In this document: in pieces, positions 16,231 through 25,711 of the stretch
How the letters are laid out: each line of letters begins with the position of its first letter
How positions within the stretch are numbered: the first letter of the stretch is position 1
Assembly (NCBI GenBank): GCA_031409335.1
Contig: JANNWY010000252.1
Coordinates: 1 to 33,812 of the forward strand
Origin: Chthoniobacteraceae bacterium
GTDB lineage: Bacteria; Verrucomicrobiota; Verrucomicrobiia; Chthoniobacterales; Chthoniobacteraceae
Reading direction: 5' to 3'
DNA length: 33,812 nt
Notes under the pieces: model-generated
What the model saw: the letters and a program-made list of their open reading frames with translations, nothing else
Told to the model about the DNA's origin: nothing
Databases searched by the model: none
Translations under genes and position numbers: made by a program

Positions 16231-16287
16231 GGAGAAAAATGGGCGTCGCGCTGCCGCCGTTTTTGGCGGGCGGTCTTCCACGAATGG

Positions 16288-19032
16288 TCAGTTGATCAGT
16301 TGAAACTCCGGCAGATTTACGATCGCCCACAACAGGTCGGCGATGGATTCCGCCTTGGGCTGCTGCCCTAAAAGCTCGAGCGCGATCTGGCGTTCGGCAT
16401 CGGATGGGTCGCGGCTGAGGGACTCGCCGTAAAGGCGGGTGATCCATCCCCCGGGATCGGGCGTGGCATTGGCAGTGAGTTTCGCTGCGGCGTTTTGCAG
16501 GCGGGAGTCGAGCGTCGCGCCGTTGGTGAGTTCGAGCGCCTGCATCGTCGTCGCCGCGCTGGCGCGGGCTGGGATGATGACTTCGCGGTTTGGCCGGTCG
16601 AGCGCGACTTGCAGCGGATCGGCGGCGAGCAGCGCCGCGCGGATTTTTCCGACGTTCGCGGCGGTGCCAACCGCGGGGCTGAGTTGCGCGTCGAATTCGA
16701 TCGGCATGTTTGCGAAATCCTTGCGCGAGATGGGCTGGAGGCCGGGGCCTTCATCGACCGGCGCGATGCCTCCCGCCAGGGCTTTCACCGTCGTCCAATT
16801 CGTGTCGTTGAAATTCACCGTGCTCCACGCGCCCTCGGGATTGCGCTGCACGCGCCACGTTTCATCCGTAGCGATTTCCATCACTTCCGGCAGCGCGCCG
16901 CGCACATAAAAAGCGAGGCCGCTCTGTTTGTTCAGATGCTCTGTCGAGGCGGGATACTGCTTCCGCTCGGTGTCATTCATCCCTTTTTCGGTGTGACTCG
17001 ACACGTCGATGGAAATCACATTTTCACCCGCGACGAGCAGCGGTTGCAAATTGTAGATCGCGATCCGACCGCCGCGGAAACCATCACGCTGGATCGACTT
17101 CGCCGGCTTCCCATTGATGTGAAGCTCAAAGCCCTGGCTCGCCAGCAGCGCCGCGTAGGCTTCGGCGGGGACCGTCGGGAGCGAGAATTTTTTTCGGAAA
17201 ACCACCTTGTGCCGTCCGGTGGATTTCGATGCCGCCGCCGCTTTCATCTGCTCCTGTGCCGCGCCCATCGCCGCCGCCGCCTGCTCCAACGCCACCCGCG
17301 CAGGCTCGATCGCCACGCCACCTTTTGCCACCACGTCCTCCATTAATTTCTGCGCAGCCGTCAGCTTGACGGCCGTATCCGCCGCACCACTTCGCGCTGC
17401 CCGCGCCGCATCGCGCTGCGGCCCGAGTTCCACCGCTTCTTCGGTCCACACCCACCGCGGCATCTTCACATCGCCCACCAGTCCGTTCGCGAGAAAATCA
17501 AACTCCAGCGACGACGGCAGCCGGTTCCACTGCCCGCTGATCGCACTGATCGCGTCGCTGAATTGCTCCGCCGTCATCCGGCGCGTGAGCGGCCCGCGAA
17601 ACACAAACTCCTCCTTTTCCCCCGGCCCCTCGACGGCCGGCAATTGATACGCGCGCGACGTGCAGATCGTCTCCAGCGTCCGCTTCACATCATGGCCATT
17701 CTTCGCAAAATCCTCCGCCAGCCAGTCCAGCAAATCGCGATCCCACGCCGCGCGATCCATGTCATCGAGTGGCTCCACCAGGCCGCGCCCGAGCAGGCGC
17801 GCCCACAGACGATTCACCAGCGTGCGCGCCATCCGGCCATCGGCGGGGCTCGTCACGATCTCCGCCAGCCGTTTCATCCGCTCCGCTTTCGACGCGCCCG
17901 CATCCATCGCGCCGATCTCCGGGTAGAGAAAACGCAGCGCCGCTTGCTTGCCCGTCGGCTTGTCGCAATGCACCAGCTCCAGCGGCTCGTCCGCATACAC
18001 CGCCGCGAGCCCATACGCATCCGCGAGCGACCAGTCGTTCACGAAACTGTCGTGGCACGACGCGCACTTCAGGTTCACGCCGAGGAAAACCTGCGACACA
18101 TTTTGCGCCGCCTGCATCGGCGGCAGCATCGAGGCGTTCACATTTCCCCGCCAAATGATCCCCCGCGTAAAACCCTCGCTCGCCTTCCCCGGATTGACGA
18201 GCTGCGCGACGAAACGATCGTACGGCAAATTCCCAATCAACGCGCCATACAGCCAGCCACTGATCTGCTTCCGCCCTCCGTCGATAAATCCGACTCCTTT
18301 GTAGTCGTTGCGCAAAAGATCGTTCCAAAAAGTCAGCCAGTGATCCGCATAATTCCGCCGGTCGCCCAACAAGGCCCGCACCAGTTTTGCGCGTTTGTCC
18401 GGCGCGGAGTCGTTCGCAAATTCATCCAACTGCGCCGCCGTCGGCACTAGCCCGATCGTGTCCAGATAGACGCGGCGCGCAAACCCGCGATCACTGACCG
18501 GCTCCGATGGCGCGACCTGATGCGCGGCAAAATAGGGCGCGAGCAAACGGTCGATCGGATTCGCCGCGCCGTCCGCGAGCGCCACCGCGCGGGGATGCAG
18601 ATTCTCCGGCGGCGGCTTCGCAAAAGTCACATTCGCCGGCCACGCCGCGCCCTGGTCGATCCAAGCGCGCAGCAGCCCCACCTGCTCCGCCGTCCACCGC
18701 GTCCCCTTCTTCGGCATCACATTTTCCGGATCGATCCCCGCCACCAACTCCACCACATAACTCGCCGCACTTTTCCCGACGACCGCCCCCGCCCCCGTCT
18801 CCCCGCCTTTCAAAAACGCCTCGCGCGTCTCCAGCGAAAACCCGCCCTTGTCCTTCCCCTTCGCATGACACTTCACACACGCCGCCTCAAACATCGGCTG
18901 AATATCCTTCACAAAATCCACCGTCCGTCCCGCCGCCGACGGGAGCTTCGCTTGATCTTCCAGCGACAAATCGGCGCGTCCCGCGCTCAGCAGCGTGCAA
19001 GTGACGATGGCGAAAACCAGAGATGATTTCAT
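16288..19032 (-). CDS. PSD1 / planctomycete cytochrome c domain protein (PSCyt1-DUF1549-DUF1553)
   Basis: Signal peptide; CVKCH; WIDQGA; RRVYLD.IG; CASCHD; VNRLWARLLGRGLV; RRMTAEQF.D; QALELTN. Confidence 0.9.
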   Translation of the reverse strand: MKSSLVFAIVTCTLLSAGRADLSLEDQAKLPSAAGRTVDFVKDIQPMFEAACVKCHAKGKDKGGFSLETREAFLKGGETGAGAVVGKSAASYVVELVAGIDPENVMPKKGTRWTAEQVGLLRAWIDQGAAWPANVTFAKPPPENLHPRAVALADGAANPIDRLLAPYFAAHQVAPSEPVSDRGFARRVYLDTIGLVPTAAQLDEFANDSAPDKRAKLVRALLGDRRNYADHWLTFWNDLLRNDYKGVGFIDGGRKQISGWLYGALIGNLPYDRFVAQLVNPGKASEGFTRGIIWRGNVNASMLPPMQAAQNVSQVFLGVNLKCASCHDSFVNDWSLADAYGLAAVYADEPLELVHCDKPTGKQAALRFLYPEIGAMDAGASKAERMKRLAEIVTSPADGRMARTLVNRLWARLLGRGLVEPLDDMDRAAWDRDLLDWLAEDFAKNGHDVKRTLETICTSRAYQLPAVEGPGEKEEFVFRGPLTRRMTAEQFSDAISAISGQWNRLPSSLEFDFLANGLVGDVKMPRWVWTEEAVELGPQRDAARAARSGAADTAVKLTAAQKLMEDVVAKGGVAIEPARVALEQAAAAMGAAQEQMKAAAASKSTGRHKVVFRKKFSLPTVPAEAYAALLASQGFELHINGKPAKSIQRDGFRGGRIAIYNLQPLLVAGENVISIDVSSHTEKGMNDTERKQYPASTEHLNKQSGLAFYVRGALPEVMEIATDETWRVQRNPEGAWSTVNFNDTNWTTVKALAGGIAPVDEGPGLQPISRKDFANMPIEFDAQLSPAVGTAANVGKIRAALLAADPLQVALDRPNREVIIPARASAATTMQALELTNGATLDSRLQNAAAKLTANATPDPGGWITRLYGESLSRDPSDAERQIALELLGQQPKAESIADLLWAIVNLPEFQLIN

Positions 19033-19146
19033 TGCGCGAAAGCTAAACCATATCCGCGCGGTTAGCTCACTGGAAATCCATGCCGTGATCGCGCGCGGCG
19101 GACGATCTCCTTGCACCATGCGAGCGGCGGCGGTTCTCTCTCCCTC

Positions 19147-19992
19147 ATGCCATTCGACTCAACGAAGATCCGCCGCGTGCTCTGGCGGCTCGCGCTTCCA
19201 CTGATCTGCGCCTACTTTCTCGCCCTCGTGGGCTGTGCCGCTTTCCAACGCAAAATGCTTTATTTCCCATCGCGGGCTGCCGAGGCAACGCTCTTCGGCC
19301 ATGCGCGCGGCGAGTCGATCGAGCCGTGGCGCGATGAATCCCGCACACTCATCGGCTGGCAGCAGCGAAGCGGGCAGCGTCCGCTCAAAGCGCGCTTTCT
19401 CGTCTTCCACGGCAACGCTGGCTACGCGCTGCACCGCGTGCATTACGCGACGAATCTCGCGCGCACCATCGACTGCGATATCCACATCCTCGAATATCCT
19501 GGTTACGGCAGTCGCAGCGGCGAGCCCAGTCAGACGACTTTGCTCGATGCTGGCGAGCAGGCCCTGCGGCTTTTGCAAAAGGAAAGCTCCGCACCGGTGT
19601 TCATCGTCGGCGAATCCATCGGCAGCGGAGTCGCCGCTGGAGTCGCCGCGCGCGCCCCGGAGCTAGTCTCCGGCCTCATCCTCATCACCCCGCTCAGCCG
19701 TCTTACCGATGTCGCTTCCCATCATTTTCCATTTCTGCCCGTGCGCCTGCTGCTGCGGGATCGCTACCCGGCCATCGAGTGGCTCACAAAATATCATGGT
19801 CCGCTGGCTGTAACCGTTGCTGAAAACGACGAAGTCATTCCGAATCGATTCGGACGCGATTTACACGATAATTACGCTGGCCGGAAGCGGCTGTGGGTGA
19901 AAGCGGGAATGCACAACACCATCCACGATTCGCTCGATTCGAAATGGTGGAAAGAGGTCGTGGAGTTTGTGGTGGAGAAGAATTCACCGTGA
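19147..19992 (+). CDS. Alpha/beta hydrolase (ABHD13/YfhR-like)
   Basis: FQRKMLYFP, FHGNAG, EYPGYG, GESIG, DEVIP, GMHN. Confidence 0.88.
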   Translation: MPFDSTKIRRVLWRLALPLICAYFLALVGCAAFQRKMLYFPSRAAEATLFGHARGESIEPWRDESRTLIGWQQRSGQRPLKARFLVFHGNAGYALHRVHYATNLARTIDCDIHILEYPGYGSRSGEPSQTTLLDAGEQALRLLQKESSAPVFIVGESIGSGVAAGVAARAPELVSGLILITPLSRLTDVASHHFPFLPVRLLLRDRYPAIEWLTKYHGPLAVTVAENDEVIPNRFGRDLHDNYAGRKRLWVKAGMHNTIHDSLDSKWWKEVVEFVVEKNSP

Positions 19993-20109
19993 CTCCCGTT
20001 TCGCCGCGCCTTGCTGCAATTTTGCCCTGAGTGGGGAGTTGCGGAGCGTGGGGCGGATGCGGCAAAGTGCGCGCTCCACTTTCAAAACACCTCCACTCTT
20101 TCAAAACAT

Positions 20110-20841
20110 ATGGGACGCCAATGGCTCCAAGCTAAACGTGAAGTCGCCGGCCTGAAAAAAGGCCAGATGGTCGGCAAACTCGTCAAAGAAATCATGGTCG
20201 CCGCGAAGCTCGGCGGTCCGGAGCCGGACGGGAACGCGCGGCTTTTCGCGGCGATCGAAAAAGCGCGGCGCGCTTCGGTGACACGCGATGTCATTGAGCG
20301 CGCGACCAAGAAGGGCGCAGGAATTGGCGATGACAAGCTCGTGCTGGAGCACGTCGTCTTCGAGGGTTACGCGCCGCACAAAATCGCAGTCATCGTCGAA
20401 GTGATGACCGACAACAACAACCGCACCGCGCCGGAGATGCGGTTGCTTTTCAAAAAGGGCCAACTCGGCACGCCGGGGAGTAACAAGTTCCTCTTCGACC
20501 ACGTTGGCCTCGTCGAAGCGCATCATCCCGACGCCGCCACCGATCTCGAAGGCGCGGCGATCGAAGCGGGTGCGAATGAAGTCGAGCCGCTCGCCCACGC
20601 ACAAAACGACGACATCCCCGACGGCGTCGCCGGCGGACGTTTCATCACCGAGCGCACCGCCACGGCAGCAGTTTCAAAATGGCTCGCGCAAAACGGCTGG
20701 ACCGTCGTGACCAGCGAACTCGGCTACGTGCCGAAACAATGCCCCACCCTCACCGACGAGCACATGCAGGAAGTCGGCGAGTTTCTGCAAAGCCTCGAAG
20801 ACAACGACGACGTGCATCGCGTCTGGGCGGCGATCAAGTAA
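20110..20841 (+). CDS. yebC: YebC/PmpR family protein
   Basis: KLVKEIMVAAKLGG, EGYAP, TDNNNRT, LEDNDDVHRV. Confidence 0.92.
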   Translation: MGRQWLQAKREVAGLKKGQMVGKLVKEIMVAAKLGGPEPDGNARLFAAIEKARRASVTRDVIERATKKGAGIGDDKLVLEHVVFEGYAPHKIAVIVEVMTDNNNRTAPEMRLLFKKGQLGTPGSNKFLFDHVGLVEAHHPDAATDLEGAAIEAGANEVEPLAHAQNDDIPDGVAGGRFITERTATAAVSKWLAQNGWTVVTSELGYVPKQCPTLTDEHMQEVGEFLQSLEDNDDVHRVWAAIK

Positions 20842-20949
20842 GGTGGATGGCGTCGCTCCGCGCGCCATGAGTTCCGAGTGCCGAAGGCTCCTCTCTCCCC
20901 GAGGCGCAGTTGCGCTCTGGCTGGCATGGCGTGCGGAGCGACGCCATCC
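20842..20949. repeat. REP doublet (REPIN-like), family A
   Basis: 25-bp inverted arms 20845-20869 / 20925-20949 (GGATGGCGTCGCTCCGCGCGCCATG, 1 mismatch). Same family as 25600..25705. Confidence 0.88.
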
Positions 20950-20954
20950 GAAGC

Positions 20955-22262
20955 TCACTTCGGCAGATCGAAGCTCATCGTGATGGGCTTTCCGTCGTTT
21001 TGAAATGTGGACTGCAACTCAAAGCCGTCCGCTTTTGGCACATAGATGAACGAGCGGCCAGTCACGGTATCGCGGGATTGACCGACGACTTCGGGACCAG
21101 ACTCAAACACCGCGAGCCCGACTCTCATCATCTCGCGGGAAATTCTAGCGCGCTGCAATGAGCGCCTGATTGACCGATGCGCGTCCATCAAAGGGACCGC
21201 GATTGGGTGCTCGGAAATATGTTCGGGACTGAATTGTTCCATCCATGCGTCGAATTGCGCGTCCGGCCATGACATCACTTCAAATATCTGCCCCTGCACT
21301 TTTTGAACAAAGTCCATTTCCGCGGTGAACTTTGCGGGGTCCCGAAAAATCGCTGCTGCCCGCGCCCTACGCTTCACCGAATTGGGGTCGCCCTCGTCAC
21401 CGAAGTCCAAGCCAATTTGTTCAAGTGAGTCCAACAGCTTGCTTCTCTCGTCAGCCGTTTGTGCGATGTATTTTTCGTAGGAACTGCGATGAATCGCGAC
21501 TTCCCCCGCCAACGCATTTTACAAGTCGCGATCAACGTTTGACTCGGCCAAAAATGCTGAGGCTTTTGCCCTTGCGATGTCATTGAATTCGGCTGCGTGT
21601 TCCCGAAAGAAACCGGTGGACCAACCTTCAATGCCCACACTCAGGATATGTGCAATGAGTGTATCAGAAGTGTGGTGCCCAAGCGGTGAAAGCACTGCGA
21701 TGTCGTCAACCGCACCCTCCTGATCGATGGTAAAACGATAGTTCGCGCTCCAAACGGCGACTTTGGCGAGGCCAAGAGCTTTGCTCGAATGCGGCGACCC
21801 CCTATCCACGCTTGGCTCACCGAGTCCCCAGTCACAGTAATCCGCCTTCGCCGCTCGCCGCAGCAATTGCATGATCGGCTGGATTTTCTCGAACAACGCT
21901 GCCGCTTGATCCGCATCCACTTTTTCCTTGGGATTTAGCATTTTTCTCTCTTCGACACCGAGCGCGTCGTAGAGCGCGAACGCATCCTTGTAAAAAGTCG
22001 AGGCATCCACCCCGGTGCGCTCGGCGCGTGGCGCATCGCGATCCTCGAAGTCGGGCGCCGGCTCCACAGTTTTGCGCGCGGCTGCGTTCGCGGAAATGCT
22101 CCCGCTTTCCAAAACTTTCGCGCTCGCGGGCGGCAGCGTCCGCGCTCCATTCCACACCTGCCACACCACGCAAAAAATACCGAGCAATCCGACCACGCCC
22201 GCCACAATCCAACCATGCCAGCGGGTTGGAAAACTTCGGGAGATTCGATCGTGCGGTTTCAC
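20955..22262 (-). pseudogene. Membrane-anchored hypothetical protein split by one in-frame TAA (21519-21521)
   Basis: ORFs 21519..22262 and 20955..21512 are in the same frame: ...NVDRDL*NALAGEVAIH...; N-terminal TM helix. Confidence 0.7.
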
Positions 22263-22426
22263 GGAAGAGCAGACAAACAGGTTTCGCTGCGTGGTCTAAA
22301 TTTCCAACCGTCGAATGTCGATAGCGCGGCTTCGGCTTGCCCGGCGGGGAGAATCTGATTTCTGTCGGGCCATGTCACCCAGCACACCCGCCGCAGTTTC
22401 TCCGCCTGCCCTTGGGTGAGCGCATC

Positions 22427-23395
22427 GTGACTTCATCGCCCGCGCCGAAATACGTCGCCGTGCTCGATCCGCTCCGCGGTCTCGCCGCGCTCGCGGTCGC
22501 GGTGTTTCATTTCACCAATAACGGCTGGCTGCCCGAAGGCCACTGGCTGAAAAGCCTCGGCTTTCACGGGCATCACGGCGTGCGGACTTTCTTTGTGATT
22601 TCCGGCTTTGTCGTGCCGTACGCGATGTGGCTTGGCGGCTATTCGTTGAAAACTTTCGCGCCCTTCCTGGCGCGGCGGTTCGTGCGGATTTACCCGCCGT
22701 ATCTCGCGAGCGCTTTCTTCATCGCGACGACGCATTTCGCCTCCGGCGTCCATCCGCTCGGCGCACTCGATCTCGCGAGTCACCTGCTTTTTCTGAATGA
22801 ACTCCTCGGTCTCCCGTGGCTCATGGACATCTACTGGACGCTCGCGCTGGAAGTGCAGTTTTACCTTCTCGCCGCGCTGCTGTGGCCGCTGCTAGGCTCG
22901 CGAAAAACGTGGCTTTTCATCGGCACAGCGGTCGCCGCCGTCACGATCGGGATCGTGTGGGATCACGACCACTGCCTGCCGCGAATGATCGCGTATTTCC
23001 TGCTCGGCATCGCACTCTTCCGGCAGCACGCGGGCATCGACAAGCCGCTTGCGAGTGCCGCGTTCTTCGCCGCATTCGCGAGCGTCGTTTGGTGGAAAGA
23101 CGGCACCGTCGCACTCGTCGCCGCTCTACTACCAGTCGGTGCGAAATTCGTGATCCACACCGTCTCCAAACCTGCGCAGTTCCTCGGCAAAATCTCGTAT
23201 TCGCTCTACCTCTTTCACCTTGTCGCCGGAGCCGCATTTCTCTCCGCGCTCGCGCCATATGTCGTCGCGCCGACCGCGCGCTGCTGGATGATCGCACCCG
23301 CACTCGCGCTATCCGTCCTCGCCGCATGGCTCGCGTATCGCCTCATCGAAGCTCCCGCGATTCGCTGGTCAAAACGCTTTCCGTATCACGCGTAG
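22427..23395 (+). CDS. Acyltransferase family 3 (OafA-like)
   Basis: LDPLRGLAALAV..FH, FFVISGF, RRFVRIYPPY, WTLALEVQFY, LGKISYSLYLFH, IEAP. Start is approximate. Confidence 0.92.
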   Translation: MTSSPAPKYVAVLDPLRGLAALAVAVFHFTNNGWLPEGHWLKSLGFHGHHGVRTFFVISGFVVPYAMWLGGYSLKTFAPFLARRFVRIYPPYLASAFFIATTHFASGVHPLGALDLASHLLFLNELLGLPWLMDIYWTLALEVQFYLLAALLWPLLGSRKTWLFIGTAVAAVTIGIVWDHDHCLPRMIAYFLLGIALFRQHAGIDKPLASAAFFAAFASVVWWKDGTVALVAALLPVGAKFVIHTVSKPAQFLGKISYSLYLFHLVAGAAFLSALAPYVVAPTARCWMIAPALALSVLAAWLAYRLIEAPAIRWSKRFPYHA

Positions 23396-23402
23396 CGACT
23401 GG

Positions 23403-25331
23403 CTACTTCACCGCCGCGCCGTTGAGCTGGAGATAGGTGTAATCCTTCAGCGCCCGCTCGTAACTCGCGAGCAGCTTCATCGCTTCGCTCGGCTTCAACC
23501 GGTCGCGCTTGATCGCTTCGTCCACCTGCGCCTTCACCTGCCGGGCGAGATTGCCTTCGTTCCACTGCGTCATCCCGAGCACTTCGGCGATCGTGCTGCC
23601 GGCAATGGTTTCCTCGATGTACCAGCCGCTCTCCTCGTCTTCATCGAGGAAGACGTGCGCCTCATTCACGCGCCCGAAAAGATTGTGCAAATCACCCATG
23701 ATGTCCTGATACGCACCCATCAAAAAGAAGCCCAGATAGTAAGGCTCGCCCGACACCAGCTTGTGCAGCGGCAGCGTGTCCTTCACGTCCTGCAGGTCGA
23801 TGAATTTGCTCACCTTCCCGTCGCTGTCGCAGGTGATATCGACCAGCGTCCCGTTTCGCTCCGGGTAAGTATCCAGCCGATGCACCGGCATCACCGGGAA
23901 AAGCTGGCCGAGCGCCCAGTGATCGAGCAGCGATTGGAAGACCGAGAAGTTGCACACGTATTGATCGCCGAGCGCGACCTCGAGTTCCTTCACCTCATCC
24001 GGGATGTATTTCATCCCTTTGCAAAACTCCACGATCAGATGCGCGATCTGCCAGTAGATCGTCTCGATCTTCGCCTTGCTCTCCAGCTCCAGCAGCCCGA
24101 GGTCGAACATCGACTGCGCCTGCTCCTTGATCTGTTGCGCATCGTGCAGCGTCTCCATGCGGTTCTGCCGCGTCATGTTTTTTTGCAGCTCCAGCATATC
24201 CGCCAGCAGCTTGGGATCGCCCTCCGTCGCGTCGATCGCGATCGGTGCCTTGTCTTTCTCGATCGAGCCAAACGCCTCGACGATCAGCACCGAATGATGC
24301 GCCACGATCGCGCGTCCGCTTTCACTCACGATCGCCGGATGCGCGACCTTCTCCGAGTCGCAGACCTCCATGATGTTATAGACAATGTCGCGCGCGTATT
24401 CGTGCAGCGAGTAGTTCGTCGAGCTATCGAACGCCGTCCGCGATCCATCGTAATCCACGCCGAGCCCGCCGCCGACATCGAGGTATTCCAGCGCATGCCC
24501 CATCTTCGCAATCTTCGCATAAAACCGCGCCGCCTCGCGCACCGCGCGTTTGATCGTGCCGATATCGGGCACCTGTGATCCCACATGGAAATGCACCAGC
24601 TTCAAAACATGCGCGAGCCCCGCTTCTTTCAGCGCAATGCTGGCCGCCACCAAATCCGCCGTGCTCAGTCCAAATTTCGCATTCTCCCCACCGCTCGTCG
24701 CCCACTTCCCCGCGCCCTTCGCCGCGAGCCGCACGCGCACGCCGATCATCGGCTCGACGCCCACTTCCTTCGACACCTGCAGGATCAGCGACAACTCCTC
24801 CAGCTTCTCCACGACCATGATTACCTTCTTCCCCAGCTTGCTCCCCATCAGCGCATTTTGGACAAAAAGCGCGTCCTTGTATCCGTTGCAAATGATCAGC
24901 GACTCCGGATCCGTATGCACCGCGAGCGCCGCCAGCAGCTCCGGCTTGCTCCCCGCTTCGATCCCAAAATGGTAAGCCTTCCCCGCGTCCATGATCTCCT
25001 CCACCACCTCGCGCAGTTGGTTCACCTTGATCGGGAAAACGCCGCGATACGTATTCCGATATTCGTATTTCTCGATCGCCGCGTGGAACGCCTTGTTGAT
25101 CGTCTCCACCCGATGCCGCAGCAAATCCTGAAAGCGCAGCACCATCGGAAAACCGAGCCCATATTCGCTCTGCGCCTCCGCAATCAGCTCCATGATGTCG
25201 ATCGGCGTCTTCGGATTCTGCGTCGGGCACACCTGCACATTCCCGCGCTCATTGATGGAAAAATAGTCGAGGCCCCAACGGTCAACGTTGTAGAGAGAAA
25301 CGGCGGCGGGAATGTCCCAAGGTTGCTGCAT
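23403..25331 (-). CDS. speA: Biosynthetic arginine decarboxylase
   Basis: FPIKVNQ (PLP lysine), EAGSKPEL, CNGYKD, HFHVGSQ, DVGGGLGVDYDG, DITCDSDG, GAYQDIMGDLHNLFG. TTGCTT-N17-TACATC-N6 precedes ATG 25331. Confidence 0.96.
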   Translation of the reverse strand: MQQPWDIPAAVSLYNVDRWGLDYFSINERGNVQVCPTQNPKTPIDIMELIAEAQSEYGLGFPMVLRFQDLLRHRVETINKAFHAAIEKYEYRNTYRGVFPIKVNQLREVVEEIMDAGKAYHFGIEAGSKPELLAALAVHTDPESLIICNGYKDALFVQNALMGSKLGKKVIMVVEKLEELSLILQVSKEVGVEPMIGVRVRLAAKGAGKWATSGGENAKFGLSTADLVAASIALKEAGLAHVLKLVHFHVGSQVPDIGTIKRAVREAARFYAKIAKMGHALEYLDVGGGLGVDYDGSRTAFDSSTNYSLHEYARDIVYNIMEVCDSEKVAHPAIVSESGRAIVAHHSVLIVEAFGSIEKDKAPIAIDATEGDPKLLADMLELQKNMTRQNRMETLHDAQQIKEQAQSMFDLGLLELESKAKIETIYWQIAHLIVEFCKGMKYIPDEVKELEVALGDQYVCNFSVFQSLLDHWALGQLFPVMPVHRLDTYPERNGTLVDITCDSDGKVSKFIDLQDVKDTLPLHKLVSGEPYYLGFFLMGAYQDIMGDLHNLFGRVNEAHVFLDEDEESGWYIEETIAGSTIAEVLGMTQWNEGNLARQVKAQVDEAIKRDRLKPSEAMKLLASYERALKDYTYLQLNGAAVK

Positions 25332-25452
25332 CGCGCGGATGTAAGGCCCACCGGTTTTGAAAGCAATCGGCGTATCGCGAAATTTCACGCCTTTTACCGG
25401 GCGGTGAACACGCGCCGGATTCACCTCACGATCTTCGTGTGTTTAGGAGGAG

Positions 25453-25525
<73 letters not shown>

Positions 25526-25541
25526 GTCCCCAAGGGCGGGA

Positions 25542-25569
25542 AGAATGCCCTACCGCTTTGTGAACGCAA
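25542..25569 (-). promoter_or_regulatory. Putative tRNA promoter
   Basis: TTGCGT-N16-CATTCT followed by a GC-rich discriminator, typical of stable-RNA promoters. Confidence 0.5.
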
Positions 25570-25599
25570 GCGGTTTTCCCGGCAGCGGAAAAACAACAT

Positions 25600-25705
25600 G
25601 GTGGATGGCGTCGCTCCGTCGCGCCATGGCCCAAACCGCGCAGCTCAAATCTTTGAAGTGCCTTTGGCGAGTGGACCATGGCGCGATGGAGCGACGCCGT
25701 CCACC
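25600..25705. repeat. REP doublet (REPIN-like), family A
   Basis: 30-bp inverted arms 25600-25629 / 25676-25705 (GGTGGATGGCGTCGCTCCGTCGCGCCATGG, 2 mismatches). Confidence 0.9.
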
Positions 25706-25711
25706 GGCGTA

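Noticed and set aside
16231..16287. Intrinsic terminator between the convergent CotH and PSD1 genes
   Set aside because: Only a short imperfect GC hairpin with no U-tract; too weak to call.
21519..21521. Recoded stop (Sec/Pyl)
   Set aside because: The codon is TAA, not TGA or TAG.
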